Shown piece by piece: positions 1 through 8,145 of a stretch of DNA of 32,000 nucleotides. The stretch lies in assembly GCF_001306055.1 (NCBI RefSeq), contig NZ_LGHJ01000014.1, forward strand, positions 120,001 to 152,000, given 5' to 3'. The position numbers and the translations under genes were made by a program. Every line of letters begins with the position of its first letter. Positions within the stretch are counted from its first letter, which is position 1. The notes under the pieces were generated by a model. That model did not search any database. It saw nothing but the letters and a program-made list of their open reading frames with translations, and was not told the origin of the DNA. The DNA is from Bellilinea caldifistulae (GTDB lineage: Bacteria > Chloroflexota > Anaerolineae > Anaerolineales > Anaerolineaceae).

Positions 1-631
1 AATCTTCCTGAAAGTTCTTGGCAGCCCGCATGTACAACTCGCCGCTTTCCTCATCCAGCAGTAACAAACTGCCTTCCTCGGCACCGGTCAGCTCAACAGC
101 GGCTTCGACAATTGCGGAGAGGACTTCGTCCGAATTGAGGGATGAGGTAATGGACTGACCCAGCCTTGCAAGCGTTTCCAGCTCATCCACCCGGCGGCGC
201 AGCCGGTCGGTGGCCCGGCGGGCTTCCAGCAACACCCAATCGCGTGACTGGCGGACTTTGTTCAAACTTTCCTGAACCGAGGAAAGGATATCCTCGGTGC
301 GCAGGGGCAGGCACAGGTAATCGCTCACTCCTAATCGCAGAGCTTTTTTGAGCAATTCGGGGGTGTCTTTTTGCACCAGTAAAACAATGGGAATGGCAGG
401 AAATTGATGAATGAATTTACCGGCGACTTCCAGACCTTTCCCCTGATTCAGGGTTTCGCTGAGTACAATCAATGCCGGGTGATTCTCTTCGGCATAATGA
501 AAGGCAGCTTCGACATCGCTTTGAATCACCACTGTAAAACCGGCGGATTGCAGTACCCTTTCCAGCAGGTAGGTGATTTGCGGATCCGTAATCAGGACGA
601 GGATGGTCTGGTCTTTGTTTGGGTTATTCAT
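1..631 (-). CDS. Receiver-like (degenerate REC) + GAF domain protein; C-terminus lies beyond the left window edge
   Basis: Absent from the ORF track because it runs off the edge. The reverse complement from ATG (629-631) reads MNNPNKDQTILVLITDPQITYLLERVLQSAGF..HPALIVLSETLNQGKGLEV..IPIVLLVQKDTPELLKKALRLGVSDYLCLP, a CheY-like pattern. A helical linker follows, then GAF-like LGQSITSSLNSDEVLSAIVEAAVELTGAEEGSLLLLDEESGELYMRAAKNF. No stop before position 1. Confidence 0.8.
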   Translation of the reverse strand, partial: MNNPNKDQTILVLITDPQITYLLERVLQSAGFTVVIQSDVEAAFHYAEENHPALIVLSETLNQGKGLEVAGKFIHQFPAIPIVLLVQKDTPELLKKALRLGVSDYLCLPLRTEDILSSVQESLNKVRQSRDWVLLEARRATDRLRRRVDELETLARLGQSITSSLNSDEVLSAIVEAAVELTGAEEGSLLLLDEESGELYMRAAKNFQED

Positions 632-665
632 GAACGGTTATGTGCCTCTATAGCATTATACCGGT

Positions 666-2318
666 TTAGCGGGCGGGCAGCATGACATGAAATTGAGTAC
701 CTTGTCCGGGTTTGCTTTCCACCCAAATTTTACCATTGTGGCGGCTTACCATTTCCTTAATGGTTTTCATCCCAACGCCCAAGCCGCCGAAACGTCGCGG
801 CTGGGTCTGCTCGTTGCCCGCTTCGCTTTCAAAAAGGCGGGCAGCAATCTGAGCATCCAGACCCGCTCCGCTGTCGCTGACAATCAGGTGAGCATCGTTT
901 CCGTCGGTTTTTTCCAGTTTGATCCGTACCTGACCACCACTATTGCAGAATTTGATGGCATTGCTCACCAATCCGTTTAGAATTTGGGCGATTTGCCGTT
1001 CATCACCCGAAATGTAGATCGGCTGGGGCGGCAAATCGGTGATCAGAGAAAGGTTGCTTTTTTGGGAAAATGGCAAAAAATGACCGGCAGTCACCCGAAC
1101 CACTTCGGTCAGGTTCACCTCACGGGCCGGTCGCTGACTGCGCGGCGTCTGTATGGGTGTGATCGCTTCGGAAAGCTGGTTCAAGGTATCCAGCGACTGA
1201 CGTAGCATGGTCAAATTTTCGCGCTGGGCAGATGACCAGCGGATGGTCGGATCTTGGAGCAATCGTTCCAGCGCGCCATATTGGACTTCAACTGCCCGGC
1301 GCAGTTCCTTTTTGATTTTTTGCAGCAATTCGATGGTGATTTTTTCCCCCGTCAGGGCATTTTCAGCCAGCGATTGCTGCTGACGAGCACGTTCTTCCAT
1401 AATCCGGAAAAGCCGGGCGTTGACCAGCGAAATTGAAGCAAAGTCCGCAATGGATTCAACCAACCGCTGTTCATTCTCTCGGAAGGGTTCGGACTTGCGA
1501 CGAATGAGCGTCAGCAAGCCAATGACCTGTTTGGAAACCTTTACCGGTACAATCAAAGCAGATTGACCCAGCGCCGAAACTTTAAACCGTTTGAGCGGTT
1601 CGCCGTGAATACTGAGCGGTTCACCGGACATGGCTACGAGAGAACTGATGCCGTCATCCCATGCCTGGTTCAACCGCACCGGCATGGAAGGTGGTAATTT
1701 ATGCTGGGCAACCAGCACAAAAGCCTTGCTGGGTTCTTCTCGCAGTAAAAACCAGCCGATTTCGGCATGAGTAATCTGAGTGACGCTTTCCAGGATTTTT
1801 TCGAAGAGGGCCGATTGATCGGTAAGCGAGGTAACCGCTTTGGCAATTGAAAAAATGGTGGTCAGTTCACGGATGCGCTGCTGTAATTCCTGATTGGTTT
1901 GCTGTAATTGCGCAGCCAGTCGTTCCCGCTCGCGGCGTTCTCGGACCTGCGAGAGGTTACGCTCCACCGCAGAAAGCACTTCTGCTTCGCGCGCCGGCCA
2001 GATGAGGTAATCGGCTGCGCCCAGCCGAAAGGCCTGAATGATTTCGTTTTCTGTGCCTTTACGGGCAATCAGGATGACGGGGATATTGACTCCCTGAGAA
2101 TTCAAACCAACCAGCAAATCTTTGCCGCTCAGTCCGGGCAGTTCGAGGTTGGCGAGAATGACATCGGGCATGACCTGCACGGCGCGGGAGAGTGCGGCAG
2201 TCCCATCGCTCACCTGATATACCTGATAGCCGGCAGCCTGCAAGGTCTGACGCGAAACGAAGTCCGCAATCACGGGATCGCTCTCAGCGATCAAGATTCG
2301 ATCAGGATTTTCTGCCAT
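666..2318 (-). CDS. Receiver-like + GAF + histidine-kinase-like (DHp + HATPase_c) protein with degenerate phosphotransfer residues
   Basis: 550-aa ORF with ATG start. N-terminal CheY-like fold: ILIAESDP..PDVILANLELPGLSG..VILIARKG..DYLIWP. Central GAF-like region, then a coiled coil and an H-box-like KIKKELRRAVEVQYGALERLL. HATPase_c motifs present: N-box LNGLVSNAIKF, G1 DSGAGL, G2 GGLGVGM. Confidence 0.85.
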   Translation of the reverse strand: MAENPDRILIAESDPVIADFVSRQTLQAAGYQVYQVSDGTAALSRAVQVMPDVILANLELPGLSGKDLLVGLNSQGVNIPVILIARKGTENEIIQAFRLGAADYLIWPAREAEVLSAVERNLSQVRERRERERLAAQLQQTNQELQQRIRELTTIFSIAKAVTSLTDQSALFEKILESVTQITHAEIGWFLLREEPSKAFVLVAQHKLPPSMPVRLNQAWDDGISSLVAMSGEPLSIHGEPLKRFKVSALGQSALIVPVKVSKQVIGLLTLIRRKSEPFRENEQRLVESIADFASISLVNARLFRIMEERARQQQSLAENALTGEKITIELLQKIKKELRRAVEVQYGALERLLQDPTIRWSSAQRENLTMLRQSLDTLNQLSEAITPIQTPRSQRPAREVNLTEVVRVTAGHFLPFSQKSNLSLITDLPPQPIYISGDERQIAQILNGLVSNAIKFCNSGGQVRIKLEKTDGNDAHLIVSDSGAGLDAQIAARLFESEAGNEQTQPRRFGGLGVGMKTIKEMVSRHNGKIWVESKPGQGTQFHVMLPAR

Positions 2319-2447
2319 GTATTCTTAATGATAGCACGGAACATTAAAAATAAAACACCGTTGACTATTCAATTTGCTAACAATTTTCCGATGTTTTTGG
2401 GGTTTACTGAGCCGAATATGGCAGTTGGGTCAGGCGAAGGCTGGCCG

Positions 2448-2936
2448 CTATTCCACACCCAGTACCCGCCGGGTGGCACGGAAAGCCAGCGGCGGCAGAT
2501 GGTTGCGGGGGAAGAAAGCAGCCTGATCGGCATCATCTCCGGCGGATAGATGACCGCCGATCACCTCGGCACGATAAACAATAATGATGTCGGCACCGCG
2601 TTCATGTTCCCGTCCGTTGATGACATCGACAAGACCGGTGATTCGCACCTCAAGTCCGGTCTCTTCCAGACATTCCCGCAGAGCTGCCTCCTGCGGGTCT
2701 TCATGGGCATCCACAAAACCGGCCGGTATGCTCCAAAGACCCTGGAGCGGTTCGTTGATGCGTCGAACCAGCAGTACCTGATCATCCTGTTCCACCAGTA
2801 CACCGGCGGCGACTTTGGGGTCGGCAAAATAAATAAAGCCGCATTGTGGGCAGACGGGACGCAGCTTGCCGAAGACGATGCGGGTTTCCAATTCAGCTGC
2901 GCATTGCGGGCAATACCGATAGATGGTAGGGCTCAT
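2448..2936 (-). CDS. NUDIX hydrolase with N-terminal CxxC..CxxC zinc ribbon
   Basis: Nudix box GFVDAHEDPQEAALRECLEETGL fits Gx5Ex7REUxEExGU. Zinc ribbon CPQCAAEL..CPQCG. The track ORF starts at 2972. The internal ATG at 2934-2936 (MSPTIYRYCPQC) forms an ATGA overlap with the anti-sigma stop codon, so I prefer it. Confidence 0.85.
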   Translation of the reverse strand: MSPTIYRYCPQCAAELETRIVFGKLRPVCPQCGFIYFADPKVAAGVLVEQDDQVLLVRRINEPLQGLWSIPAGFVDAHEDPQEAALRECLEETGLEVRITGLVDVINGREHERGADIIIVYRAEVIGGHLSAGDDADQAAFFPRNHLPPLAFRATRRVLGVE

Positions 2937-3826
2937 GAGATCTTTCGTTTGAGCAGCATGGAAAGAAGCCATAACCCAAGCGCCAGAATGGCAAAGCCGG
3001 CTCCTGCCAGCCAGGCTGGGCGGATCATGCCGCGCTCCTGTTGGCTTTGGGGAGCAGAGGGGAGAGGGGCCGGTACAGGCTTTGGGGGGTTCGAATCGGG
3101 AGTGAACAGGTTCTTTCCCTGTTCTTCCGGTTGACGCACACCCAATATCGGGCCACTGCCTTCCAGAGGGAGGGGTTCAATCTGCGTAGGAACGGGGTTG
3201 ATCTGAATACTGCCTGCCCCCGATTCGGGCATTGCCTGTGATTTGAATTCGAGATCCAGACCGCCGCCTATCCCATTGGCAGGCGGATAATCGGACGCTC
3301 CCCCGCAGAAAGCATCCGGACAACCCGGGGCCGTGCCTCCGCCTCCCCCCATGCCCATGGCGGGGGCCGGCGGGCCACCCCAGTACACGACTGGTGGGGT
3401 TTCTTGCGGGATTTCTGGAACTGCCATTATTCTTACGGTTTCTGTGCCGGTGACTGCCTGTAACTCCATCATCGGTTCACTGGCGGTCATCGGACGGGTT
3501 GCCATGCCCGGCAATAACTGGCTGACAAACATCCACACTGCCATGAGGGTTGCCAGTACGGAGGAAAAGCGTAAGGCGGGGATCAGGAAATACGAACGGC
3601 GTGGCTGCTGGACAGTGGCAGCGCTGAGGGTAAAATTGCGCGGCACTTTACGAAGTGGAGCATTGCGTAGAACAGCCCGGGTTTTTTGCAAAGACTCAAA
3701 AGTTTCTTTTGCCTCAGGATTGGACTGAAGTAACGCCTCAACCCGCGCTTTTTCGCGCGGGTCAAGCTCTCCATCCAGATAGGCAGAGAGCAGAATCAAA
3801 TCACGAGAATTCAACTGCTCTGTCAT
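2933..3826 (-). CDS. Membrane-spanning anti-sigma factor (no ZAS zinc motif), with Gly/Pro-rich extracytoplasmic region and a C-terminal hydrophobic segment
   Basis: N-terminal LSAYLDGELDPREKARVEALLQSNPEAKETF is the typical anti-sigma N-domain signature. TM helix FLIPALRFSSVLATLMAVWMFVSQLL. ATGA overlap with the upstream ECF sigma gene (3823-3826). Confidence 0.75.
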   Translation of the reverse strand: MTEQLNSRDLILLSAYLDGELDPREKARVEALLQSNPEAKETFESLQKTRAVLRNAPLRKVPRNFTLSAATVQQPRRSYFLIPALRFSSVLATLMAVWMFVSQLLPGMATRPMTASEPMMELQAVTGTETVRIMAVPEIPQETPPVVYWGGPPAPAMGMGGGGGTAPGCPDAFCGGASDYPPANGIGGGLDLEFKSQAMPESGAGSIQINPVPTQIEPLPLEGSGPILGVRQPEEQGKNLFTPDSNPPKPVPAPLPSAPQSQQERGMIRPAWLAGAGFAILALGLWLLSMLLKRKIS

Positions 3827-4437
3827 TGTAATTCAGCCTCTTTCCCAAGACGAAATTTTGCCGGTAATAGTTCCGCAAAACCGGAAAGACAATCGCGTAA
3901 GCGCAGCCTTGCCCGTGCCAGCCGGCTTTTGATGGTGCCAAGCGGCTTGCCAATCGCCTGAGAAACTTCGTTGTAATCCATTCCCTGGATATCCACCAGG
4001 ATGACCACTGCCCGAAATTCTTCCGGCAGGTCTTGAATGCAATGCTGAATGGCTTGTTCTAATTCGCGGGTTTCAACCTCCTCATCCGGCTGGGGATTGT
4101 GATCAGCCAGCCACGCCGGAGATTCGATTTCCTCATCATCTTCCTGATGGATCGGCTCCAGCGCCACGGTCGGGCGGCGCTGACGGCGGCGTAGTTCATC
4201 ATAACAGGCATTGGTAACCATGCGCATGACCCATGCCCGAAACGAACCGCCGCGGTACTGGCGGATATTGCGGTAGGCGGAGATGAAGGCAGTCTGGGTG
4301 GCATCCTCCGCTGCTGCATCGTCGTTTAGCATCCGGTAGGCGAGGTTGAATGCCATTTGCTGGTAAGCCAGCACCAGCCGGTTGAAGGCATCCAGATCCC
4401 CATGCAGTGCATCCTGAATCAACGCGGCTTCGTCCAT
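3823..4437 (-). CDS. ECF-type RNA polymerase sigma-70 family factor
   Basis: Region 2: FNRLVLAYQQMAFNLAYRMLND..AEDATQTAFISAYRNIRQYRG.SFRAWVMRMVTNACYDELRRR. Region 4: LPEEFRAVVILVDIQGMDYNEVSQAIGKPLGTIKSRLARARLRLRD. Confidence 0.92.
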   Translation of the reverse strand: MDEAALIQDALHGDLDAFNRLVLAYQQMAFNLAYRMLNDDAAAEDATQTAFISAYRNIRQYRGGSFRAWVMRMVTNACYDELRRRQRRPTVALEPIHQEDDEEIESPAWLADHNPQPDEEVETRELEQAIQHCIQDLPEEFRAVVILVDIQGMDYNEVSQAIGKPLGTIKSRLARARLRLRDCLSGFAELLPAKFRLGKEAELQ

Positions 4438-4438
4438 G

Positions 4439-4834
4439 TCAAGTCTGCTTTCTAGTCGTCCACCCGATCCAAATTAAACGCCAAATCAACAAACCGGCCG
4501 CTGAAACTGCCATCATCACCAGCGCAAAGACCGGCATGACCACATTTTGAAGCCACAAGCCGCGCAGCACAGCCCCCAGCGGCGCAGCCAGCCCCGCAGC
4601 CATCAAAACCCTCCATAATTGCCGGTAATCCGTACTGATTTGCGGTGTGAAGACTCCACCCAGCCAGCCGGCAGCCAGCCAGCCCGCCAGCATCGGCAGG
4701 AAGGTGACCAGCCATCGGCCGCCAGCCAGCGAACTGCTGTGCGAGGCAAACCCGATGAAGGTGACCACGAGCAGGACGACCCCGTCCATCAGAATCAAGA
4801 AAATGACGGGTGGAGAAACCGGATGACTCTTCAC
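4439..4834 (-). CDS. Small integral membrane protein (DUF3054-like), first gene of the sigma operon
   Basis: 131 aa with a GTG start and four hydrophobic segments. The DGVVLLVVTFIGFASH motif resembles DUF3054. Its stop lies 1 nt before the sigma ATG. Family assignment is from memory only. Confidence 0.55.
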   Translation of the reverse strand: MKSHPVSPPVIFLILMDGVVLLVVTFIGFASHSSSLAGGRWLVTFLPMLAGWLAAGWLGGVFTPQISTDYRQLWRVLMAAGLAAPLGAVLRGLWLQNVVMPVFALVMMAVSAAGLLIWRLIWIGWTTRKQT

Positions 4835-4888
4835 CCGTTTATCCTAACCTATCTAAATCTGAACGTCAAGAAGGTTTTTTAGCGGTCT

Positions 4889-5986
4889 TTATTTTAAATA
4901 CCGGTCAAAGAATTCGATTGAACGCTGCATGGCCAGGCTGAAACTGTTGGCAATATTGTGATCATCGCCGGGGTAGGTGTAGAACTCAACCGGCTGACCA
5001 GCCGCCTGCATGGCTTCGTACAACCGTTGTGAAAAGTAGAGCGGCACGACCGAATCATCCACGGCGTGGTGCAGCTGCAAAGGGCCGCTGATCTGGTTGA
5101 CGAACATGATCGGGGAGATTGATTCCCAGAAGGAGGGATTTTCCTGGGGAGATCCGTAGGTTTCAACCAGTTGCTGGGTAAACCGTCGCCCGCCAGTCGA
5201 AAGGGTGGGTATGGGAGTCGGCCGCCAGCGGTACATCAGGTCTTCGTAAGAACCGACCACCCCCGCCCAAATCACACCGGCTTTGACATCACCGCTGGTG
5301 ACCATAACCCGCAGGGTGATGTGGCCACCCATCGAATGCCCCCACATGCCGATTTTTTGCGGGTTTGCCCTGGGGTAGCGTTTGATTGAGGCAACGGCGT
5401 TCAGCACATCAATCGTGTAGTCGGGGTTGCTGTAAGCGCCACGAGCCTCACCTTCTGAATTGCCGTGTCCGCGATAATCCGGCCGGAAGACAATGTAGCC
5501 GCGGCTGGCAAAAGCGTTAACGTAGGCAACGTAACGCTCGGTGGGGCGGTACTCGCGCGGAGGAATGTAGCCGTGATTGAAAATGATCACCGGAAAACCC
5601 CCGTCAGGCGGTTCGCCAAAGGGAATGGTCATTAAGGCAAAGATTTTCAGCCCCTCCGAAAGATAAGAAACCAGATACCGTTCATAATTTGCCCCGGAGG
5701 CCAGTTTTTCCTCAAAAGTGATTTCACTGCCGGGGTAATCCCGCAGGCGCATGGATTGAATGGTGAGGGGGTGCAGGGTGGGGGTGGGGGTAAAAGTAGC
5801 AGTGGGAGGTAATGTCGGGCTGGGGGTAACGGTTGGCAGAGGACTGGGAGTCTGGCTGGGTTGTTGAATGCTGGCAGGCGAAGGCAGCGGCGGTGCTGGT
5901 TCAAGATCAACCGAATTACACCCGCTGATCAGCAGTCCGATGACCAGTGTGAATTGAACCCATAGCGGATTTTTAAATTTGGACAT
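4889..5986 (-). CDS. Secreted lipoprotein alpha/beta hydrolase (S9/dienelactone-hydrolase-like serine hydrolase)
   Basis: Lipobox LLISGC. Pro/Thr-rich linker. Nucleophile elbow GHSMGG, later acidic HHAVDDSVVP and His in YPGDDHNIA. Confidence 0.8.
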   Translation of the reverse strand: MSKFKNPLWVQFTLVIGLLISGCNSVDLEPAPPLPSPASIQQPSQTPSPLPTVTPSPTLPPTATFTPTPTLHPLTIQSMRLRDYPGSEITFEEKLASGANYERYLVSYLSEGLKIFALMTIPFGEPPDGGFPVIIFNHGYIPPREYRPTERYVAYVNAFASRGYIVFRPDYRGHGNSEGEARGAYSNPDYTIDVLNAVASIKRYPRANPQKIGMWGHSMGGHITLRVMVTSGDVKAGVIWAGVVGSYEDLMYRWRPTPIPTLSTGGRRFTQQLVETYGSPQENPSFWESISPIMFVNQISGPLQLHHAVDDSVVPLYFSQRLYEAMQAAGQPVEFYTYPGDDHNIANSFSLAMQRSIEFFDRYLK

Positions 5987-6093
5987 AATTTATCCTGAAT
6001 GAGATTGTAAAGGGATTTGAGGAAAGGTGTCAAGGCAAGTTTTGTGGTTTGAAAGAGGTTGCGCCGGGCAGGGTTCTGGTCTAAACTAAATGT

Positions 6094-6855
6094 ATGATGG
6101 TCAGCAGTCGCACGGTCTTTTTGGGGATTGACCCCGGCAGTGGGCGCGAGGGGATGACTTATGTGGCGCTGGATGCCGAAAAGCGTTTGCTGGCCATTGG
6201 CGGGGGAAAGATCCAGGATGTGCTGGCTTATGCTGCCGGCCAGGCCGAGGTACTGGCAGCGGTGAATCATTTTTATAAGCCGTCGAGAGAACTCCCGGCG
6301 ACGGAAATCCAGCAGCGGCTTTTCCCGGAGTTTGGAGATGATCTATTTGGGCGCTTGAGAAAAGAGGTGGCTGAACGGCTGGAATCCAACACCGCTGCTG
6401 GTTTAGCCGAAAAAGACAGCCGCAGTGCCAGGCAGCGTTCAGGTTTGCTTGTGCAACAGTTGCAGGGGTTGGGTTACCAACGTTTTCCAATGGAAGAAGA
6501 AAACCGACAGTGGCTGCGCTTTTCGGCGCAGGCTGCGTTTTACTCGTTGAGCGGCGGGCGTTTGTTCGAGGCACGCTCGCTGGAGGGGCGTCTGCAGCGC
6601 CAGTTGATTCTTTTCGAAGAAAAATTGCCGATTAAAGATCCGATGGATTTTTTTGAAGAAGTGACTCGCCGCAGATTGCTGCTCGGCCGGCTGCCGTATG
6701 AGATGATTTACGCTCCGGGTGAATTGAACGCGCTGGTGGGTGCTTATACGGCCTGGCTGGCAGTTTTTGATGAGCAGCGGGTGAAAAAAGAGGAAGACGG
6801 CAGTGAGGGCGGCTGGTATCTGCCGCTGCCACCTGCGCCGGCTGAAAATGAATGA
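6094..6855 (+). CDS. Hypothetical protein, possible RNase H-fold (DUF429-like)
   Basis: 253 aa. N-terminal VFLGIDPGSGREG resembles the first beta-strand/Asp motif of RuvC/ASKHA/DUF429 folds. C-terminal ELNALVGAYTAWLA resembles the DUF429 C-terminal helix. No other recognisable motif. Confidence 0.4.
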   Translation: MMVSSRTVFLGIDPGSGREGMTYVALDAEKRLLAIGGGKIQDVLAYAAGQAEVLAAVNHFYKPSRELPATEIQQRLFPEFGDDLFGRLRKEVAERLESNTAAGLAEKDSRSARQRSGLLVQQLQGLGYQRFPMEEENRQWLRFSAQAAFYSLSGGRLFEARSLEGRLQRQLILFEEKLPIKDPMDFFEEVTRRRLLLGRLPYEMIYAPGELNALVGAYTAWLAVFDEQRVKKEEDGSEGGWYLPLPPAPAENE

Positions 6856-7031
6856 CATGGGCAGCCACTCTCTTTACGGGATGAAATGAATGCGGGCGGG
6901 TTTACCTGAAGTCCGCTCCCCAATCAAAACGGCTACCCAGGATTAAGATTGAATTAGAGTTTTTCGAAAAGCCTTTACATTCGGCTGCTTTTCGAGATAA
7001 TAACCTTTAAGATAGACATAGTGAGGAAATA

Positions 7032-8027
7032 ATGGTCAATGTAAAAATGTGGGTCAAAGCCTTACAGGTTATTCCCCATGTTGAGCGGGACGAGTGGGAA
7101 CGTTTGGATGTGATATCCAAGTGGTTAATTTCCACGCGGGCAGCCGTGCTGATTATGACCTTTATCTCCGCTGCGATTGCCGGTTTGCTGGCATTGCGCG
7201 CCGGGGAGTTCAATCTGGTACGCTGGCTCATGCTGGTGATCGGGCTGATCTTTGCCCATGCCACCAACAATTTGCTCAATGACCTGACCGATTACTCGCG
7301 CGGGGTGGATACGGATAATTACTACCGTACCCAATACGGACCGCAGCCTTTGGAGCAAGGTTTGTGGAGCCGTAAGACACACCTCCTTTATGCCGCCGTG
7401 ACCGGTTTGATTGCGCTGGCGGCTGGGGCTTATCTGGTGGCTGTGAGCGGAATTTTGGCGTTGTGGCTGCTGCTGGCAGGTGCCATTTTCGTCTTGTTCT
7501 ATACCTATCCGCTCAAGTACATTGGATTGGGAGAACTTGCCGTTCTGCTGGTTTGGGGGCCGTTGATGATCGGCGGCGGTTATTATGTGATTACCGGTCA
7601 GTGGGATTGGTATGTGGCCCTGGCCTCTCTGGCGTATGCTCTCGGCCCCACCACGGTCATCTTTGGAAAACACATTGACAAATTACAGCAGGACAAGGAA
7701 AAAGGCATCCGCACTTTACCGGTGATTTTGGGCGAAACACGCTCACGGTATGTGGTGCTGGGTATGATTGCCCTGCAGTACCTCTCGGTGATCACGCTTG
7801 TCGCGGTGGGATATTTCTCACCGGTGATGTTGATCGTTCTGCTGGCGTGGTATTACCTGCCTCCGGTCATCCGGGTATTCAGCCAGCCGCGCCCGACTGA
7901 AAAACCACAGGACGCAAGGCTGGCAGCCGGTTGGCCGCTTTATTTTGTGGCGGCAGCGTTTTATCAAAATCGCAGTTATGGGTTGTTGTTGCTGGTCGGT
8001 TTGATTTTGCAATTATTCATTCGCTGA
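7032..8027 (+). CDS. UbiA-family aromatic prenyltransferase (MenA-like)
   Basis: Polytopic membrane protein. First Asp-rich motif NNLLNDLTDYSRGVD, second GKHIDKLQQDKEKG. RBS GAGGAA lies 4 nt upstream of the ATG. Confidence 0.85.
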   Translation: MVNVKMWVKALQVIPHVERDEWERLDVISKWLISTRAAVLIMTFISAAIAGLLALRAGEFNLVRWLMLVIGLIFAHATNNLLNDLTDYSRGVDTDNYYRTQYGPQPLEQGLWSRKTHLLYAAVTGLIALAAGAYLVAVSGILALWLLLAGAIFVLFYTYPLKYIGLGELAVLLVWGPLMIGGGYYVITGQWDWYVALASLAYALGPTTVIFGKHIDKLQQDKEKGIRTLPVILGETRSRYVVLGMIALQYLSVITLVAVGYFSPVMLIVLLAWYYLPPVIRVFSQPRPTEKPQDARLAAGWPLYFVAAAFYQNRSYGLLLLVGLILQLFIR

Positions 8028-8111
8028 GCAGGGTTTTACTGGTTGGGCAGCGGGAACTGCTCAACCGCCAAAATCTTGCCTCCAGGTAAAGGGTTTTGGG
8101 AAATTGGGTGT

Positions 8112-8145
8112 GCAAATGGCGTGCGGTCAACCGCGCGCCATTTGC
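8112..8145 (+). terminator. 34-nt near-perfect palindrome/hairpin downstream of the prenyltransferase gene (possible intrinsic terminator)
   Basis: GCAAATGGCGTGCGGT-CA-ACCGCGCGCCATTTGC gives 16 potential pairs with one G-U. It is followed by CAATTTTAAA. Confidence 0.45.

Noticed and set aside
1908-2549. 213-aa plus-strand ORF opposite the kinase-like gene. Similar antisense ORFs occur at 7125-7673, 3333-3728, 8849-9367, 11357-11869, 13798-14340, 15994-16476, 16256-16855, 18288-18815 and 31346-31879.
   Set aside because: All lie opposite or out of frame within genes that have strong motif support. Their translations are compositionally biased with no motifs. They are typical shadow ORFs of a GC-rich genome.
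2937-2972. Apparent 40-nt same-strand overlap between the anti-sigma and NUDIX genes
   Set aside because: It is resolved by using the internal ATG at 2934-2936, which gives the ATGA coupling pattern seen repeatedly in this window. The first 12 codons (MASFHAAQTKDL) carry no conserved motif.
6964-6995. Inverted repeat TCGAAAAGC-(14 nt)-GCTTTTCGA upstream of the prenyltransferase gene
   Set aside because: It is a real 9-bp inverted repeat, but it is short and AT-rich with a long spacer, and I see no convincing promoter context. It is too weak to call an operator or terminator.
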